64,000 bases of DNA. Origin: Myxococcota bacterium (GTDB lineage: Bacteria; Myxococcota_A; UBA9042; PHBI01; JAWLBL01). Under the pieces are notes generated by a model. It was not told where the DNA came from and made no database searches. It saw only the letters and a list, made by a program, of their open reading frames with translations. The position numbers and the translations under genes are program-made. Every line of letters begins with the position of its first letter. The first letter of the stretch is position 1. The stretch lies in the NCBI GenBank assembly GCA_041687695.1, contig JAWLBL010000018.1, forward strand, positions 1-64,000, in the 5' to 3' direction. This document shows, piece after piece, positions 8,588-19,145 of the stretch.

Positions 8588-9562
8588 TCAGGGCGTGGCG
8601 CGGGCGGGGACGGGGACGGACGGCAGGGCGCGGGCGGTGCCCTCGGGCAGGACCCAGAAGGTGGCGGGGTCGACCGAGGCGGCGGTGAGGGCCGCGGCGA
8701 GGTCGGCCTGGGGGGCGTCGAAGGCCTCGTCGGTGAGGCGGAAGGTGCCGTAGTGGATGGAGAGGCTGTGGGCGGCGCGCAGGTCCAGGTGGGCCTGGAC
8801 CGCCTCGGCGGGGTCCATGTGGACCTGCTTCATCACCCAGCGGGGGGCGTAGGCGCCGATGGGCAATAGGGCCAGGCGGGGCGGGCCGAGGCGGGCCGCG
8901 ATGTCGGTGAAGTGGGGGCCGTAGCCGGTGTCGCCGGCGAAGAAGAGGGGGCCGGCGGGGGAGGCGACGACGTGGCCGCCCCACAGGGCGCGGTCGCGGT
9001 CGAAGAGGCCGCGGCCCGAGAAGTGCTGGGCGGGGACGAAGGTGACCCGGGCGGGACCGGCGGGGCCGGAGAGGTCGGTCGACTGCCACCAGGCCAGCTC
9101 GGTGACGTGGCGGACGCCGAAGGAGGCGAGCAGGGCGGCGTGGCCGAGGCCGGTGATCCAGCGGGCCTGGGGGTGCCGCTGGGCCAGGGCGCGGGCGGTG
9201 GCGGCGTCGAGGTGGTCGTAGTGGTTGTGGCTGAGCAGGACCGCGTCGAGGGGGGGCAGGTCGTCCAAGCGCAGGCCGGGGGGGCGGACGCGGCGGGGGC
9301 CGGCCCACTGGACGGGGCTGCAGCGGCGGGACCAGACCGGGTCGGTCAGCAGGTTCAGGCCGTCCAGCTGGACCAGCACCGTGGCGTGGCCGACGAAGGT
9401 GGCGCGCAGCTCGCCGGCGCCGACGCGGGCGGGCGGCGGCGGGCCGGGCGGGGCGTCGAAGGGCTTGGGCCAGGGGACCGGACGGCGGGTGACGGCCCAC
9501 TTGACGATGTCCTTGAAGCCGGCGTGGCGGGTCGGGACCAGGTTCTGGTGGCGGTCAGCCAT
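8588..9562 (-). CDS. MBL-fold metallo-hydrolase (NAPE-PLD/RomA-like)
   Basis: GHAT, TDPVWS, SHNHYDHLD, FAGDTGY, HMDP and IHYGTF motifs. Confidence 0.92.
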   Translation of the reverse strand: MADRHQNLVPTRHAGFKDIVKWAVTRRPVPWPKPFDAPPGPPPPARVGAGELRATFVGHATVLVQLDGLNLLTDPVWSRRCSPVQWAGPRRVRPPGLRLDDLPPLDAVLLSHNHYDHLDAATARALAQRHPQARWITGLGHAALLASFGVRHVTELAWWQSTDLSGPAGPARVTFVPAQHFSGRGLFDRDRALWGGHVVASPAGPLFFAGDTGYGPHFTDIAARLGPPRLALLPIGAYAPRWVMKQVHMDPAEAVQAHLDLRAAHSLSIHYGTFRLTDEAFDAPQADLAAALTAASVDPATFWVLPEGTARALPSVPVPARATP

Positions 9563-10295
9563 GGGGGGCCTCGGGCGCGGGCGGGGTGGGCCAGGCGAAG
9601 AAGCCGCGGGGGCGGTCGGTGATGCCCTCGGGGAGCTGGACCTCGGTGAGGGTGTAGCCCCAGGCGCGCCAGCGGTCCAGGCGGCGGCGGGTGATCTCGG
9701 CCACCATGGCGTCGCCGGACAGATCGAGGCGCTGGGCGTCTGCGCCCAGCAGGGCGCGCGATTCGCAGCAGGGCACGACGAAGAAGGGGGCGCCGCTGCG
9801 GTGGGCCAGGGCGGCGGTGTGGTCGGTCAGGGCGCCGCAGCCGTGGATGGCGGCGACCAGGGTGCGCGGGGTGACCGGGGAGGTGTGCTCGGCGCGGCGC
9901 TCGAGGTAGCGCAGGCGGCGCTTGAGGAAAGGCCAGCGGGGCGCGACCAGCTCGACGATGCGCTCGTAGCTGTCGGGCTGGCGCTTGTCGACCAGGGTGA
10001 CGCGGGTCAGGTGGGGGTGGGTCAGGGCGGCGAAGACCCCGACCATGCCGTGGCCGGCGGCGACCTCGCACAGGGCGTCGACGCGGGGCAGCGCCGGGGC
10101 GAGGAGCTCGAGGGCGCAGACCGACTCGCAGAACTCCTTGAGGCGCACGGCGCGGCGGTTCATCACCAGGTGGGCGAAGACGTACAGCGGGTGCTGGCGG
10201 CCGAGCCAGCCGCGCACGAAGGCCGCCTTGTCCATGTTCAGGTGGTGGGTCGAGCGCAGGTTGCCCGGCGGCGGGGCGGGCGCGACGGCGTGCAC
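9555..10295 (-). CDS. SAM-dependent methyltransferase-like protein
   Basis: AGGAGG RBS plus GTG at 10295; EVAAGHG motif I, IHGCGALTD and VPCC motifs. Confidence 0.75.
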   Translation of the reverse strand: MHAVAPAPPPGNLRSTHHLNMDKAAFVRGWLGRQHPLYVFAHLVMNRRAVRLKEFCESVCALELLAPALPRVDALCEVAAGHGMVGVFAALTHPHLTRVTLVDKRQPDSYERIVELVAPRWPFLKRRLRYLERRAEHTSPVTPRTLVAAIHGCGALTDHTAALAHRSGAPFFVVPCCESRALLGADAQRLDLSGDAMVAEITRRRLDRWRAWGYTLTEVQLPEGITDRPRGFFAWPTPPAPEAPHG

Positions 10296-10417
10296 GGCGG
10301 GGGGCCTCCTGGCGGGCGGGTCCGGGGCATGTTGGGCGCCGCGGCGGGCGGTGGCAAGGGGCGCGGCGGGCGCGGGCGGCGGCCAAGAGGGGCCACGGCT
10401 GGCTTCGAGCTTGCCGC

Positions 10418-10438
10418 GGTGTAGAATTCCTCTACACC
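10418..10438. promoter_or_regulatory. Perfect inverted repeat GGTGTAGA-N5-TCTACACC, candidate enhancer-binding-protein site
   Basis: AT-rich TGT-N11-ACA dyad about 85-100 bp upstream of a sigma54 promoter. Confidence 0.6.
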
Positions 10439-10520
10439 CGTGGTCAGCGCCTGGGCAGGGAGATCCGGCGGGGCGAGGTCGCGGGCGCGGCCGGCGCGAT
10501 GCAGCGGGTCGCCGGCAGGC

Positions 10521-10536
10521 TGGCACGGACCTTGCT
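10521..10536 (+). promoter_or_regulatory. Sigma54 (-24/-12) promoter
   Basis: TGGCACGGACCTTGCT matches TGGCACG-N4-TTGCW exactly, 43 bp before the ATG. Confidence 0.85.
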
Positions 10537-10579
10537 GAAGCTCTAGGATGCTCCCTTCCCACCCCTCCGAGGTGACCCC

Positions 10580-11785
10580 ATGATGTCCCGACTGCTCGCC
10601 CTCACCGCCGGGATCGGCGCCTTCGCCCTCGGCGGACAAGCGCTGGCCCAGACCTGTGTGACCGACGCCGACTGCGCCGAAGGCCAGGTGTGCCTGGCGA
10701 CGCCGTGCGCCGCGCCCGACTGCGACCCCGACGACGCCGAGTGCGACCCGCCCGTGTGCGAGGACGTCTGCGTCGACGACCCGGGCGGCGTCCCGTGGTC
10801 CGAGTGCGCCAGCGACGACGACTGCGGCGCCGGCTTCGTGTGCGAGGCGGTCGGCGGGTCCGACTGCGCCTGCCCCGCCGGGGCCGACTGCATGGACTGC
10901 GAGCCCGAGACCTTCTACGGCTGCGTGCCGGCGCCCTGCCAGAGCGACGCCGACTGTGGCGAGGGCCTGGTCTGCCTGACCTTCGAGAGCGCGAGCTGCA
11001 GCGACACCGCCGAGCCGATGCCCGTCTGCGAGCCCGGCCAGGAGTGCGAGGAGCCCAGCGGCGTCCCGGCGCCGCCCGAGTGCGAGACCGAGACGGTCAG
11101 CTTCTGCGGGCCCAAGTACCTCGCCGCCTGCGAGGTCGACGGCGACTGCGGCGAGGGCTTCACCTGCGAGGTCGCCGAGGAGTGCAGCTGCTCGGGCGGC
11201 GGCGCGACCCCGACCGACCCCGTGCCCGAGCCGGGCCAGGACGGCGGCGACGCCGGCGACCCGATGCCGCCGCGCGAGTTCGACGACGGCGCTCCGCCCG
11301 AAGAGTGCGTGTGCGAGCCGACGGGCGAGAAGTACTGCCAGGCGCAGGAGATCGCCTGTGAGGACGACGCGGCCTGCCCGACCGGCTGGACGTGCGAGAG
11401 CTACCCCTCGACCCCCAGCACCTGCTGGACCGACGAGTCCGGCAACGTCGAGTGCGACGACGAGCAGGGCGTCCCGGCGCCGTCCGTCTGCGTGCCGCCC
11501 TACTACGGTGAGTACCCCGGCCCCGGCCAGCCCGGCGGCGTCCCGGTCGACGACAAGGAGACCAGCGAGCCGAACCGCCCCGACCCGACCACCGACCCCA
11601 CCGACCCGACGACCGAGACCCCCGGCGAGAGCCAGGGCCCGGGCGCCCAGCCGACCGAGGCGACCGGCGGGGCGAGCGGCTGCGCGGGCGGCGAAGGCGG
11701 CCTGGGCGCGACGCTGACCCTGCTGGCGGCGCTGCTGCTGGGCGGGCTGGTGCGCCGCGAGCGGAGCTTCGGACGCCGCTCGTAA
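10580..11785 (+). CDS. Secreted acidic Cys-rich repeat protein with MYXO-CTERM-like sorting tail
   Basis: Signal peptide; repeated CxxDxDCxxGxxC units; Pro/Thr linker; SGC, then a TM helix, then an Arg-rich end. Confidence 0.88.
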   Translation: MMSRLLALTAGIGAFALGGQALAQTCVTDADCAEGQVCLATPCAAPDCDPDDAECDPPVCEDVCVDDPGGVPWSECASDDDCGAGFVCEAVGGSDCACPAGADCMDCEPETFYGCVPAPCQSDADCGEGLVCLTFESASCSDTAEPMPVCEPGQECEEPSGVPAPPECETETVSFCGPKYLAACEVDGDCGEGFTCEVAEECSCSGGGATPTDPVPEPGQDGGDAGDPMPPREFDDGAPPEECVCEPTGEKYCQAQEIACEDDAACPTGWTCESYPSTPSTCWTDESGNVECDDEQGVPAPSVCVPPYYGEYPGPGQPGGVPVDDKETSEPNRPDPTTDPTDPTTETPGESQGPGAQPTEATGGASGCAGGEGGLGATLTLLAALLLGGLVRRERSFGRRS

Positions 11786-11804
11786 GCGAAGCCCGAGACT
11801 GAAC

Positions 11805-11873
11805 CCGCGCCCCGCCCGGCCGCGCGGGCCCCGCACCCGGGGCTCGCGCCGGCTGGCGCGGGGCGCGGCGTTT
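11805..11873. terminator. Long GC-rich hairpin between convergent genes
   Basis: CCGCGCCCCGC...GCGGGGCGCGG with inner paired segments; only a short T run follows. Confidence 0.55.
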
Positions 11874-11923
11874 CGAAGACCGCGGGGGGCGGAGGCGGCG
11901 CTGGGGCGGCGCGGGCCGGAGCG

Positions 11924-12820
11924 TCAGCGGGGCGTCGGCGCGGGGCGAGGCTGCAGGCGCGCGTCGGGGTTCTGCTCGAGGAAGCGCTCGAGCAGCGGGT
12001 CGGGCTGCACGCGGAAATGGCCGATGATGGGCCAGTCGGTCAGCCGGTGGTGGTCGGTCGGGCGCTTGTCGGCGGGGACGACGGTGACGACGCGGGGGAC
12101 GCCCTTGGCGTCGCGGCGGTCGGTGACCAAGCCGACCATCGTCGGGATGGCGGCGCCGGGGTTGGGGGCCCAGAAGACGAGGTCGCCGGGCAGGAAGGCG
12201 GCGAGGCGCTCGGGGGTGTCGGCGGCCGTCGGGTGGGCGTCGGCGAAGGTCTTGACGAAGACGTGCAGGATGGGCAGGCGCCGGTGGTCGATGGAGGTGT
12301 CCGGGCGGGGACGACCCCAGATGTGCAGGGGATAGCGCGACGGCGTCTTCACGCGGTCGTGGTGGACCAGCTGCTGCAGATCGAGGCCCACGGCGCGCAG
12401 GCAGCGCACGACCAGATCGGGGGACGAGACCAGGTGCGCGCCGACGTCGCCCCAGGGGTAGTCCATCTTCTGATAGGTCTGCGAAAAGCGCGGGTTGCGG
12501 GCGACCTGGGCGTCGGCGCAGGCGACCAGGCGGGCCTGGGCGTCGGTGAGCTGGCCGGGCCACGGGGGCAGCTGCGGGACGTCAGGGTCGTGCTGCTCGG
12601 CGCCGGCGAGGACCTCGCGGACCACCTGGCGGAAGGCGCGCTCGCGCTTGACCCAGTCCTCGGGGTTCTCGAAGAGCGGGCTGAAGACCCAGTACCAGAG
12701 CCACGCGATGCCGCCGATGAGGGCCAGGCCGACGAAGAGGCCGGTCAGCGGGTGGCGGCGGCGCGCGCGGCGGGTGGGGCCGCCTTCGAGCGGCATCTGG
12801 GGCTCGCCCCAGGCGCTCAT
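11924..12820 (-). CDS. DUF1287-family (YijF-like) membrane-anchored protein
   Basis: YPWGDV, GLDLQQLVH, PDTSIDHRR and PGDLVFW motifs; N-terminal TM helix. Confidence 0.85.
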   Translation of the reverse strand: MSAWGEPQMPLEGGPTRRARRRHPLTGLFVGLALIGGIAWLWYWVFSPLFENPEDWVKRERAFRQVVREVLAGAEQHDPDVPQLPPWPGQLTDAQARLVACADAQVARNPRFSQTYQKMDYPWGDVGAHLVSSPDLVVRCLRAVGLDLQQLVHHDRVKTPSRYPLHIWGRPRPDTSIDHRRLPILHVFVKTFADAHPTAADTPERLAAFLPGDLVFWAPNPGAAIPTMVGLVTDRRDAKGVPRVVTVVPADKRPTDHHRLTDWPIIGHFRVQPDPLLERFLEQNPDARLQPRPAPTPR

Positions 12821-13974
12821 CAGCCGGCGACCCCGGCGGCGACCGACCAGCCGGCCCAGGGGGCGAGCCAGGCGAGGGCGACGACGAGCGCGGCGGCGGC
12901 CCAGGAGGCCCAGGGGGCGCGGCCGGTGGCGAGGGCGGTGAAGAGGCCGACGGCCATCAAGACCGCGCCGGCGAGCAGGGCGTGGGCGACGGCGGGGGCG
13001 AGGGCGGCGCCGGAGGCGAACAGGGCGCCGGCGGCGGCGACCAGCAGGGCCAGGGCGACGAAGGCCGGCAGGGAGGTGGTGGGGGCCGGGGTCGGGGTGG
13101 GCGCCGGGGCCGGGCGGAGGCCGCGGAAGGCGGCGAAGGCCAGGGCCAGGCCGAGGACGAGGCGGAGCGGGTCGACGGCGGGGCGCGAGGCGAGGCCGAG
13201 GGCGCCCTGGGGCGCGGCCTGGGACGTGAGGGCGAGGTGGCCGCCGGTGGCGAGGTGGAGGCGCTCGAGCGCCTGGGCGGGGTCGTCGACGGTCAGGGTC
13301 GCGCCGCCGAGGAGCTGGACCAGACCGGCGGCGCCGAAGACGGCGAGCAGGGCGGCGCAGGCGGCGAGGCCGAGGTAGCCGACGCGGGTCGCCTGGGCGT
13401 GGCGGGCGATGTGGCCGCCGAGCAGGGTCAGGGCGGCGAGGGCGAGCAGGGCCGGCAGGGCCGCGCCGAGCCAGGCCAGCGGGGGAGACAGGGGCACGGC
13501 GGCGGGCGCGACGACCGAGGCGAGGAGGCCGGTGCGGGCGTCCTGGGCGCCCAGGGTCCAGGGCAGCGCGCGGCCATCGGGAGCGAGCAGGACGGCGAGG
13601 CCGTCGGGCAGAAGGGCGGCCAGGGCAGCCACGGCGGCGACGGCGAGGGTGACGCGGACCGCGCGGTCCGGGCTGGGGCGGCGGGCGGCCCGGCCGGCGG
13701 CGTGCAAGGCGAGGCCCAGGGCGGCGCCGCTGAGGGCGGTGGCCACGATGACCAGCGGGTCCGTCAGCGCCTGTCCGGTCGGGGTGGCGGCGACCAGGAC
13801 GGCGACCAGGCCGACCGGGAGGGCCAGCAGGGAGCCGGCGCCGACGGCGGTGGCGACGGCCAGCAGCAGGGCGGGCGCCTCGGGGGCGCCGCCGAGCAGG
13901 GACAGGGCGGTCGCCGACAGGGCCAGCAGCAGGGCGGCGGCGAGGCGGGCGCTGGACAGGCGGGCGGGTGACAT
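12820..13974 (-). CDS. Polytopic membrane protein in the ccsA position, lacking a recognisable WWD motif
   Basis: Start overlaps the upstream stop (TGATG at 13972-13976); many hydrophobic helices. Confidence 0.65.
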   Translation of the reverse strand: MSPARLSSARLAAALLLALSATALSLLGGAPEAPALLLAVATAVGAGSLLALPVGLVAVLVAATPTGQALTDPLVIVATALSGAALGLALHAAGRAARRPSPDRAVRVTLAVAAVAALAALLPDGLAVLLAPDGRALPWTLGAQDARTGLLASVVAPAAVPLSPPLAWLGAALPALLALAALTLLGGHIARHAQATRVGYLGLAACAALLAVFGAAGLVQLLGGATLTVDDPAQALERLHLATGGHLALTSQAAPQGALGLASRPAVDPLRLVLGLALAFAAFRGLRPAPAPTPTPAPTTSLPAFVALALLVAAAGALFASGAALAPAVAHALLAGAVLMAVGLFTALATGRAPWASWAAAALVVALAWLAPWAGWSVAAGVAG

Positions 13975-15320
13975 CAAGCGGCGGCCTTCCGGGCGCCCGC
14001 GACCAGGCGCTCGAGCAGGTGGCGCGGCCGGCGCGCCCGGTTCCAGGAGGTCAGCGTGACGCGGGTGCCTTCGGCGGTCGGGGTCAGGCGCGCGGTCAGC
14101 TGGGGGACGGCGGCGAAGGCGAGCAGGCCCAGCAGGGCGAGGCCGAGGCCGGTCCACAGGAGGAGGCGGCCGGGGTGAGTGGTCAGGGCGACGGCGACGC
14201 GGGCGCTGGGGACGGCCGAGACGTGGAGCCCGGCGACCGGGGGCGGGGTGGCGTGGTCGGGAGCCGGGGCGAGCAGGACGGGGGGCTGGTCGGGGGCGCG
14301 CAGGACGACCAGCGGGCCGTCGGCGCCCTGGAAGGCGGTCAGGCGGCGGCCGTCGGGCAGGGCGTAGGTGCCGCCGGGCTCGGCGGTGAGGGCCTCGGGG
14401 CGCTCGGCGTCGGCGCGGCGCAGCAGGAGGCGGGCGGGGGCCTGGGGGTCGGCCGGGGCCGGGGCCTCGGAGAGGGGGCGCAGGGTGACGCCCTCGACCT
14501 GGGCCTGGGCGCCGGACCAGAGGTCGACGGTGGACACGCCCGAGGGGCCGCCGACCTGGCAGGCGCGGCGGCGCCAGGGGTCGGCGGGGTCGGCGTCCTG
14601 GCAGACGAGCTGGAGGGGCAGCTGGGCGTCGAGCCAGCGGTCGCCGTCGCGGATCTGGCCGAGGAGCTGGGCGTCGTCGGGGGTCGGGGCGCCGGCGAGG
14701 AAGGTGGCGCGGGCGTCGAGGCCGGTGAGGAGGTCGACGGCGTGGCCGGCGAGGGCGGCGGTGAGGCCGAAGGCGACCAGGATGAGGGGCTGCACGGGGC
14801 CGCCGCGGCGGGCGACGAGGTCGCCGGTCGGGCCGGGATCGAGGCCGCGGGCGGTCAGGCGCGGATCGAGGGCGGTCAGGCGGGCGGCGACGTCGGTCGG
14901 CGGCTCGGGGAGGAGGCCCTCGGCGATGGCGGTCGGGCCCGGGAGGGCGGCGGGGGAGGCGCCGCGGCGGGCGAGGACGAGGCCGGTGAGGTTGAGGGCG
15001 ATGAGCAGGCCGGTGAGCAGGGTCGGCCAGGCGGTCAGGACGTGGTGGAGCTCGAGGGCCTCGATGGTGCGGGCGACCGCGAAGGAGAAGTGGGCGTCGA
15101 GCACGTCGCGGGTGGCGCCCTGCGGGACGAAGAGGCCGGCGAGCAGCAGCGCGGCCAGGGTGACGCCGAGGCCGGCCAGGGTGCGCGGCGAGGTGAGCGT
15201 GGCCCAGGCGAGGTGGGCGAGGTCGCTCGCGGAGGTGGCGGCCGCGGCGCCGGCGGCGGGGGCCGGGGCGGCGGTCGGGGGGGCGTTCTGGACGCGGGGC
15301 CGGGTGGGTGCTTCAGCCAT
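13974..15320 (-). CDS. Divergent ResB/Ccs1-like membrane protein
   Basis: N-terminal LTSPRT...LAGLFVPQ and C-terminal HPG...WTGL..LLGL resemble ResB ends; large soluble middle domain. Confidence 0.6.
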   Translation of the reverse strand: MAEAPTRPRVQNAPPTAAPAPAAGAAAATSASDLAHLAWATLTSPRTLAGLGVTLAALLLAGLFVPQGATRDVLDAHFSFAVARTIEALELHHVLTAWPTLLTGLLIALNLTGLVLARRGASPAALPGPTAIAEGLLPEPPTDVAARLTALDPRLTARGLDPGPTGDLVARRGGPVQPLILVAFGLTAALAGHAVDLLTGLDARATFLAGAPTPDDAQLLGQIRDGDRWLDAQLPLQLVCQDADPADPWRRRACQVGGPSGVSTVDLWSGAQAQVEGVTLRPLSEAPAPADPQAPARLLLRRADAERPEALTAEPGGTYALPDGRRLTAFQGADGPLVVLRAPDQPPVLLAPAPDHATPPPVAGLHVSAVPSARVAVALTTHPGRLLLWTGLGLALLGLLAFAAVPQLTARLTPTAEGTRVTLTSWNRARRPRHLLERLVAGARKAAA

Positions 15321-15418
15321 GGCGCGGTCCATAACACAGGCAGGGGGGGCGAACCATCCGAGGAAACGGTCGCGGGGGGCGCTTTCGTTCGGGCGGCGGG
15401 CGCGGTATAGGCGCGGAC

Positions 15419-16060
15419 ATGGCGGACGCAGGGCGACAGCGGTTGGGGCGGATGGCCGTCGTGGGGCTGACGGGGGGCATCGCGTCGGGCAAGAGCACGG
15501 TGGCGGCGCGGCTGCGTGAGCGCGGGGTGCCGGTGGTGGACGCGGATCGGGTGGCGCGCGAGGTGGTCGAGCCGGGGCAGCCGGCGCTGGAGGCGATCCG
15601 GGCGCGGTTCGGCGAGGGGGTGATGCAGGCGGACGGGGCGCTGGACCGGGGGGCGCTGGGGGCGCGGGTGTTCGCGGACCCGGTGGAGCTGGCGGCGCTG
15701 AACGCGATCGTGCACCCGGCGATCCTGCGGCGGGTGGGCGAGCGGATGGAGGCGCTGCGGGGCGAGGGGCACCCGTTCGTGGTGTACGAGGCGGCGCTGA
15801 TCCTGGAGAACCGACTGGCGCCGGGGCTGGACGCGCTGGTGGTCGTCATCGCCGAGCCCGAGGTGCAGGTCGAGCGGCTGATGGCGCGCAACGCGCTGGA
15901 CGAGGCGGCGGCGCGGGCGCGGCTGGCGGCGCAGACGGACAACGCGACGCGGCTGGCGGCGGCGGACCTGGTCATCGAGAACCACGGGGACGTGGAGGCC
16001 CTGCGGGCGCGGACCGACGAGGTGGTCGAGGCCTTGCAGGCGCGGTTCGGCGGGATGTGA
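15419..16060 (+). CDS. coaE: Dephospho-CoA kinase
   Basis: VGLTGGIASGKSTV, DAD..AREVV, LNAIVHP. Confidence 0.96.
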   Translation: MADAGRQRLGRMAVVGLTGGIASGKSTVAARLRERGVPVVDADRVAREVVEPGQPALEAIRARFGEGVMQADGALDRGALGARVFADPVELAALNAIVHPAILRRVGERMEALRGEGHPFVVYEAALILENRLAPGLDALVVVIAEPEVQVERLMARNALDEAAARARLAAQTDNATRLAAADLVIENHGDVEALRARTDEVVEALQARFGGM

Positions 16061-16068
16061 CCAGCCCG

Positions 16069-16215
16069 GCCGGCTGGAAGCCGGCGATCCCAGCGGCGGC
16101 GGGTGCCGGGGGATGGCGCGGGTGCGGCCGGCTGGAAGCCGGCGATCCCGGGGCGGCGGGTGCCGGGGGATGGCGCGGGTGCGGCCGGCTGGAAGCCGGC
16201 GATCCCAGCGGCGGC
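16069..16215 (+). repeat. Three REP units (57-58-bp period)
   Basis: GCCGGCTGGAAGCCGGCGATCCC at 16069, 16127 and 16184. Confidence 0.9.
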
Positions 16216-16245
16216 GGGTGCCTGGTGATGGTGCAGGTGCGGGCC

Positions 16246-16957
16246 GATCCCGGGGCGGCGGAGGCCGTCTTGGAGTGCTCCAGCTTGCTGGAGCCCCGGC
16301 CCCGGCGGCTTGCCGCCGGGATCTGGCCGCAAACCCGGCGCAGCAAGCTGCGCCGATTCGGGGCTCCACCAAGGTGGAGCACTCCAGTTGGGCTTTCGCG
16401 ACACCCGCTGCAAGCCGGCGATCCCGGGGCGGCGGAGGCCGTCTTGGAGTGCTCCAGCTTGCTGGAGCCCCGGCCCCGGCGGCTTGCCGCCGGGATCTGG
16501 CCGCAAACCCGGCGCAGCAAGCTGCGCCGATTCGGGGCTCCACCAAGGTGGAGCACTCCAGTTGGGCTTTCGCGACACCCGCTGCAAGCCGGCGATCCCG
16601 GGGCGGCGGAGGCCGTCTTGGAGTGCTCCAGCTTGCTGGAGCCCCGGCCCCGGCGGCTTGCCGCCGGGATCTGGCCGCAAACCCGGCGCAGCAAGCTGCG
16701 CCGATTCGGGGCTCCACCAAGGTGGAGCACTCCAGTTGGGCTTTCGCGACACCCGCTGCAAGCCGGCGATCCCGGGGCGGCGGAGGCCGTCTTGGAGTGC
16801 TCCAGCTTGCTGGAGCCCCGGCCCCGGCGGCTTGCCGCCGGGATCTGGCCGCAAACCCGGCGCAGCAAGCTGCGCCGATTCGGGGCTCCACCAAGGTGGA
16901 GCACTCCAGTTGGGCTTTCGCGACACCCGCTGCAAGCCGGCGATCCCGGGGCGGCGG
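16246..16957 (+). repeat. Four apparently identical 174-bp tandem units derived from MITE-B plus a half REP
   Basis: Units start at 16246, 16420, 16594 and 16768, partial at 16942; the multi-hairpin core matches the 52-53 kb elements. Confidence 0.92.
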
Positions 16958-16983
16958 CTGGGGAGGGGGCGGCCCGCTGGACG

Positions 16984-17793
16984 TCAGGCCTTGACGAGGC
17001 CGGCGCGGCGGAGCTGGCTCAGGACGCAGCAGGTCTCGAGGGGCGTGTAGGGGCTCGCCTTGATGAGCTTGGCGATGCTGGTCTTGCCGTCGATGCGGCC
17101 GAGCAGGGCCGCGACGCGGGTGGTGGCGGTGAAGGCCGTGGGCATCTCGGCGTTGGCGCTCGGGGTGGCGCGCTGGAGCACGACGTCGAAGGGGCCGATG
17201 AAGCCCTCGTAGAGGTTGAGGAGCTTGGCCTCGTTGAGGTCGAGGAACTCCTTGAGCTCGCCGCTGGGCTCGCCGCGGACCAGCAGGCGCTCGAGGGAGA
17301 TGAGCGCGCCCTCGCCGTCGTTGATGGCCAGGAGCCAGAGCACGTCCTCGTACAAGAGGTTGGCGGTCTGGCGCGCGGCGTCGGAGGGCGCCCGCTTGCG
17401 GCGGCCCTTGCGCGGCGCGGCCATGCCGGGGTCGGCCCCGTCGGAGGTCATCGCGTCGGCGCCGAGGCCGGCGTCGTCGGTCGCGACCACGATCATGTCG
17501 GGGTCGACCTCGACCACCTCGTCGAGGTCGTGGACCTCCTCGATGTCGAGCTCCTCGATGCCCTCGGCCTCGGCGCGCTCGAACTCGGCGAGCCGCTGGG
17601 TCAGCGAGGCGATGAGGGCGTCGAGGTCGGCCAGCGGCGCCGCGACCTCGTCAGGCGAGCGCGGGTCGGCGGCGAGGGCGGCCTCGCGACGCGCCCGCGC
17701 GCCGGGATCTCCGAGCGCCTCGCCCAGCACCGTCTCGAATACCGTCGCCCTCACGACCCCCCATTCCCGCCGGCGCGCGGACGCCGGCTGCAT
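16984..17793 (-). CDS. Hypothetical protein with acidic linker and winged-helix-like C-terminus (start uncertain)
   Basis: GC3-biased ORF; C-terminal IDGKTSIAKL...LSQLRRAGLV. Confidence 0.65.
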   Translation of the reverse strand: MQPASARRREWGVVRATVFETVLGEALGDPGARARREAALAADPRSPDEVAAPLADLDALIASLTQRLAEFERAEAEGIEELDIEEVHDLDEVVEVDPDMIVVATDDAGLGADAMTSDGADPGMAAPRKGRRKRAPSDAARQTANLLYEDVLWLLAINDGEGALISLERLLVRGEPSGELKEFLDLNEAKLLNLYEGFIGPFDVVLQRATPSANAEMPTAFTATTRVAALLGRIDGKTSIAKLIKASPYTPLETCCVLSQLRRAGLVKA

Positions 17794-17863
17794 CGACGGA
17801 CGAGGTTGCCCCAGCGCGTCAAATCGCGCAAGGCGGCCGGCGCGAAGCGGGAGCCGCCGCGCA

Positions 17864-19108
<1,245 letters not shown>

Positions 19109-19145
19109 GGCGCCCTCCTGGGCGGACGACTTCAACGGGGCGCGG

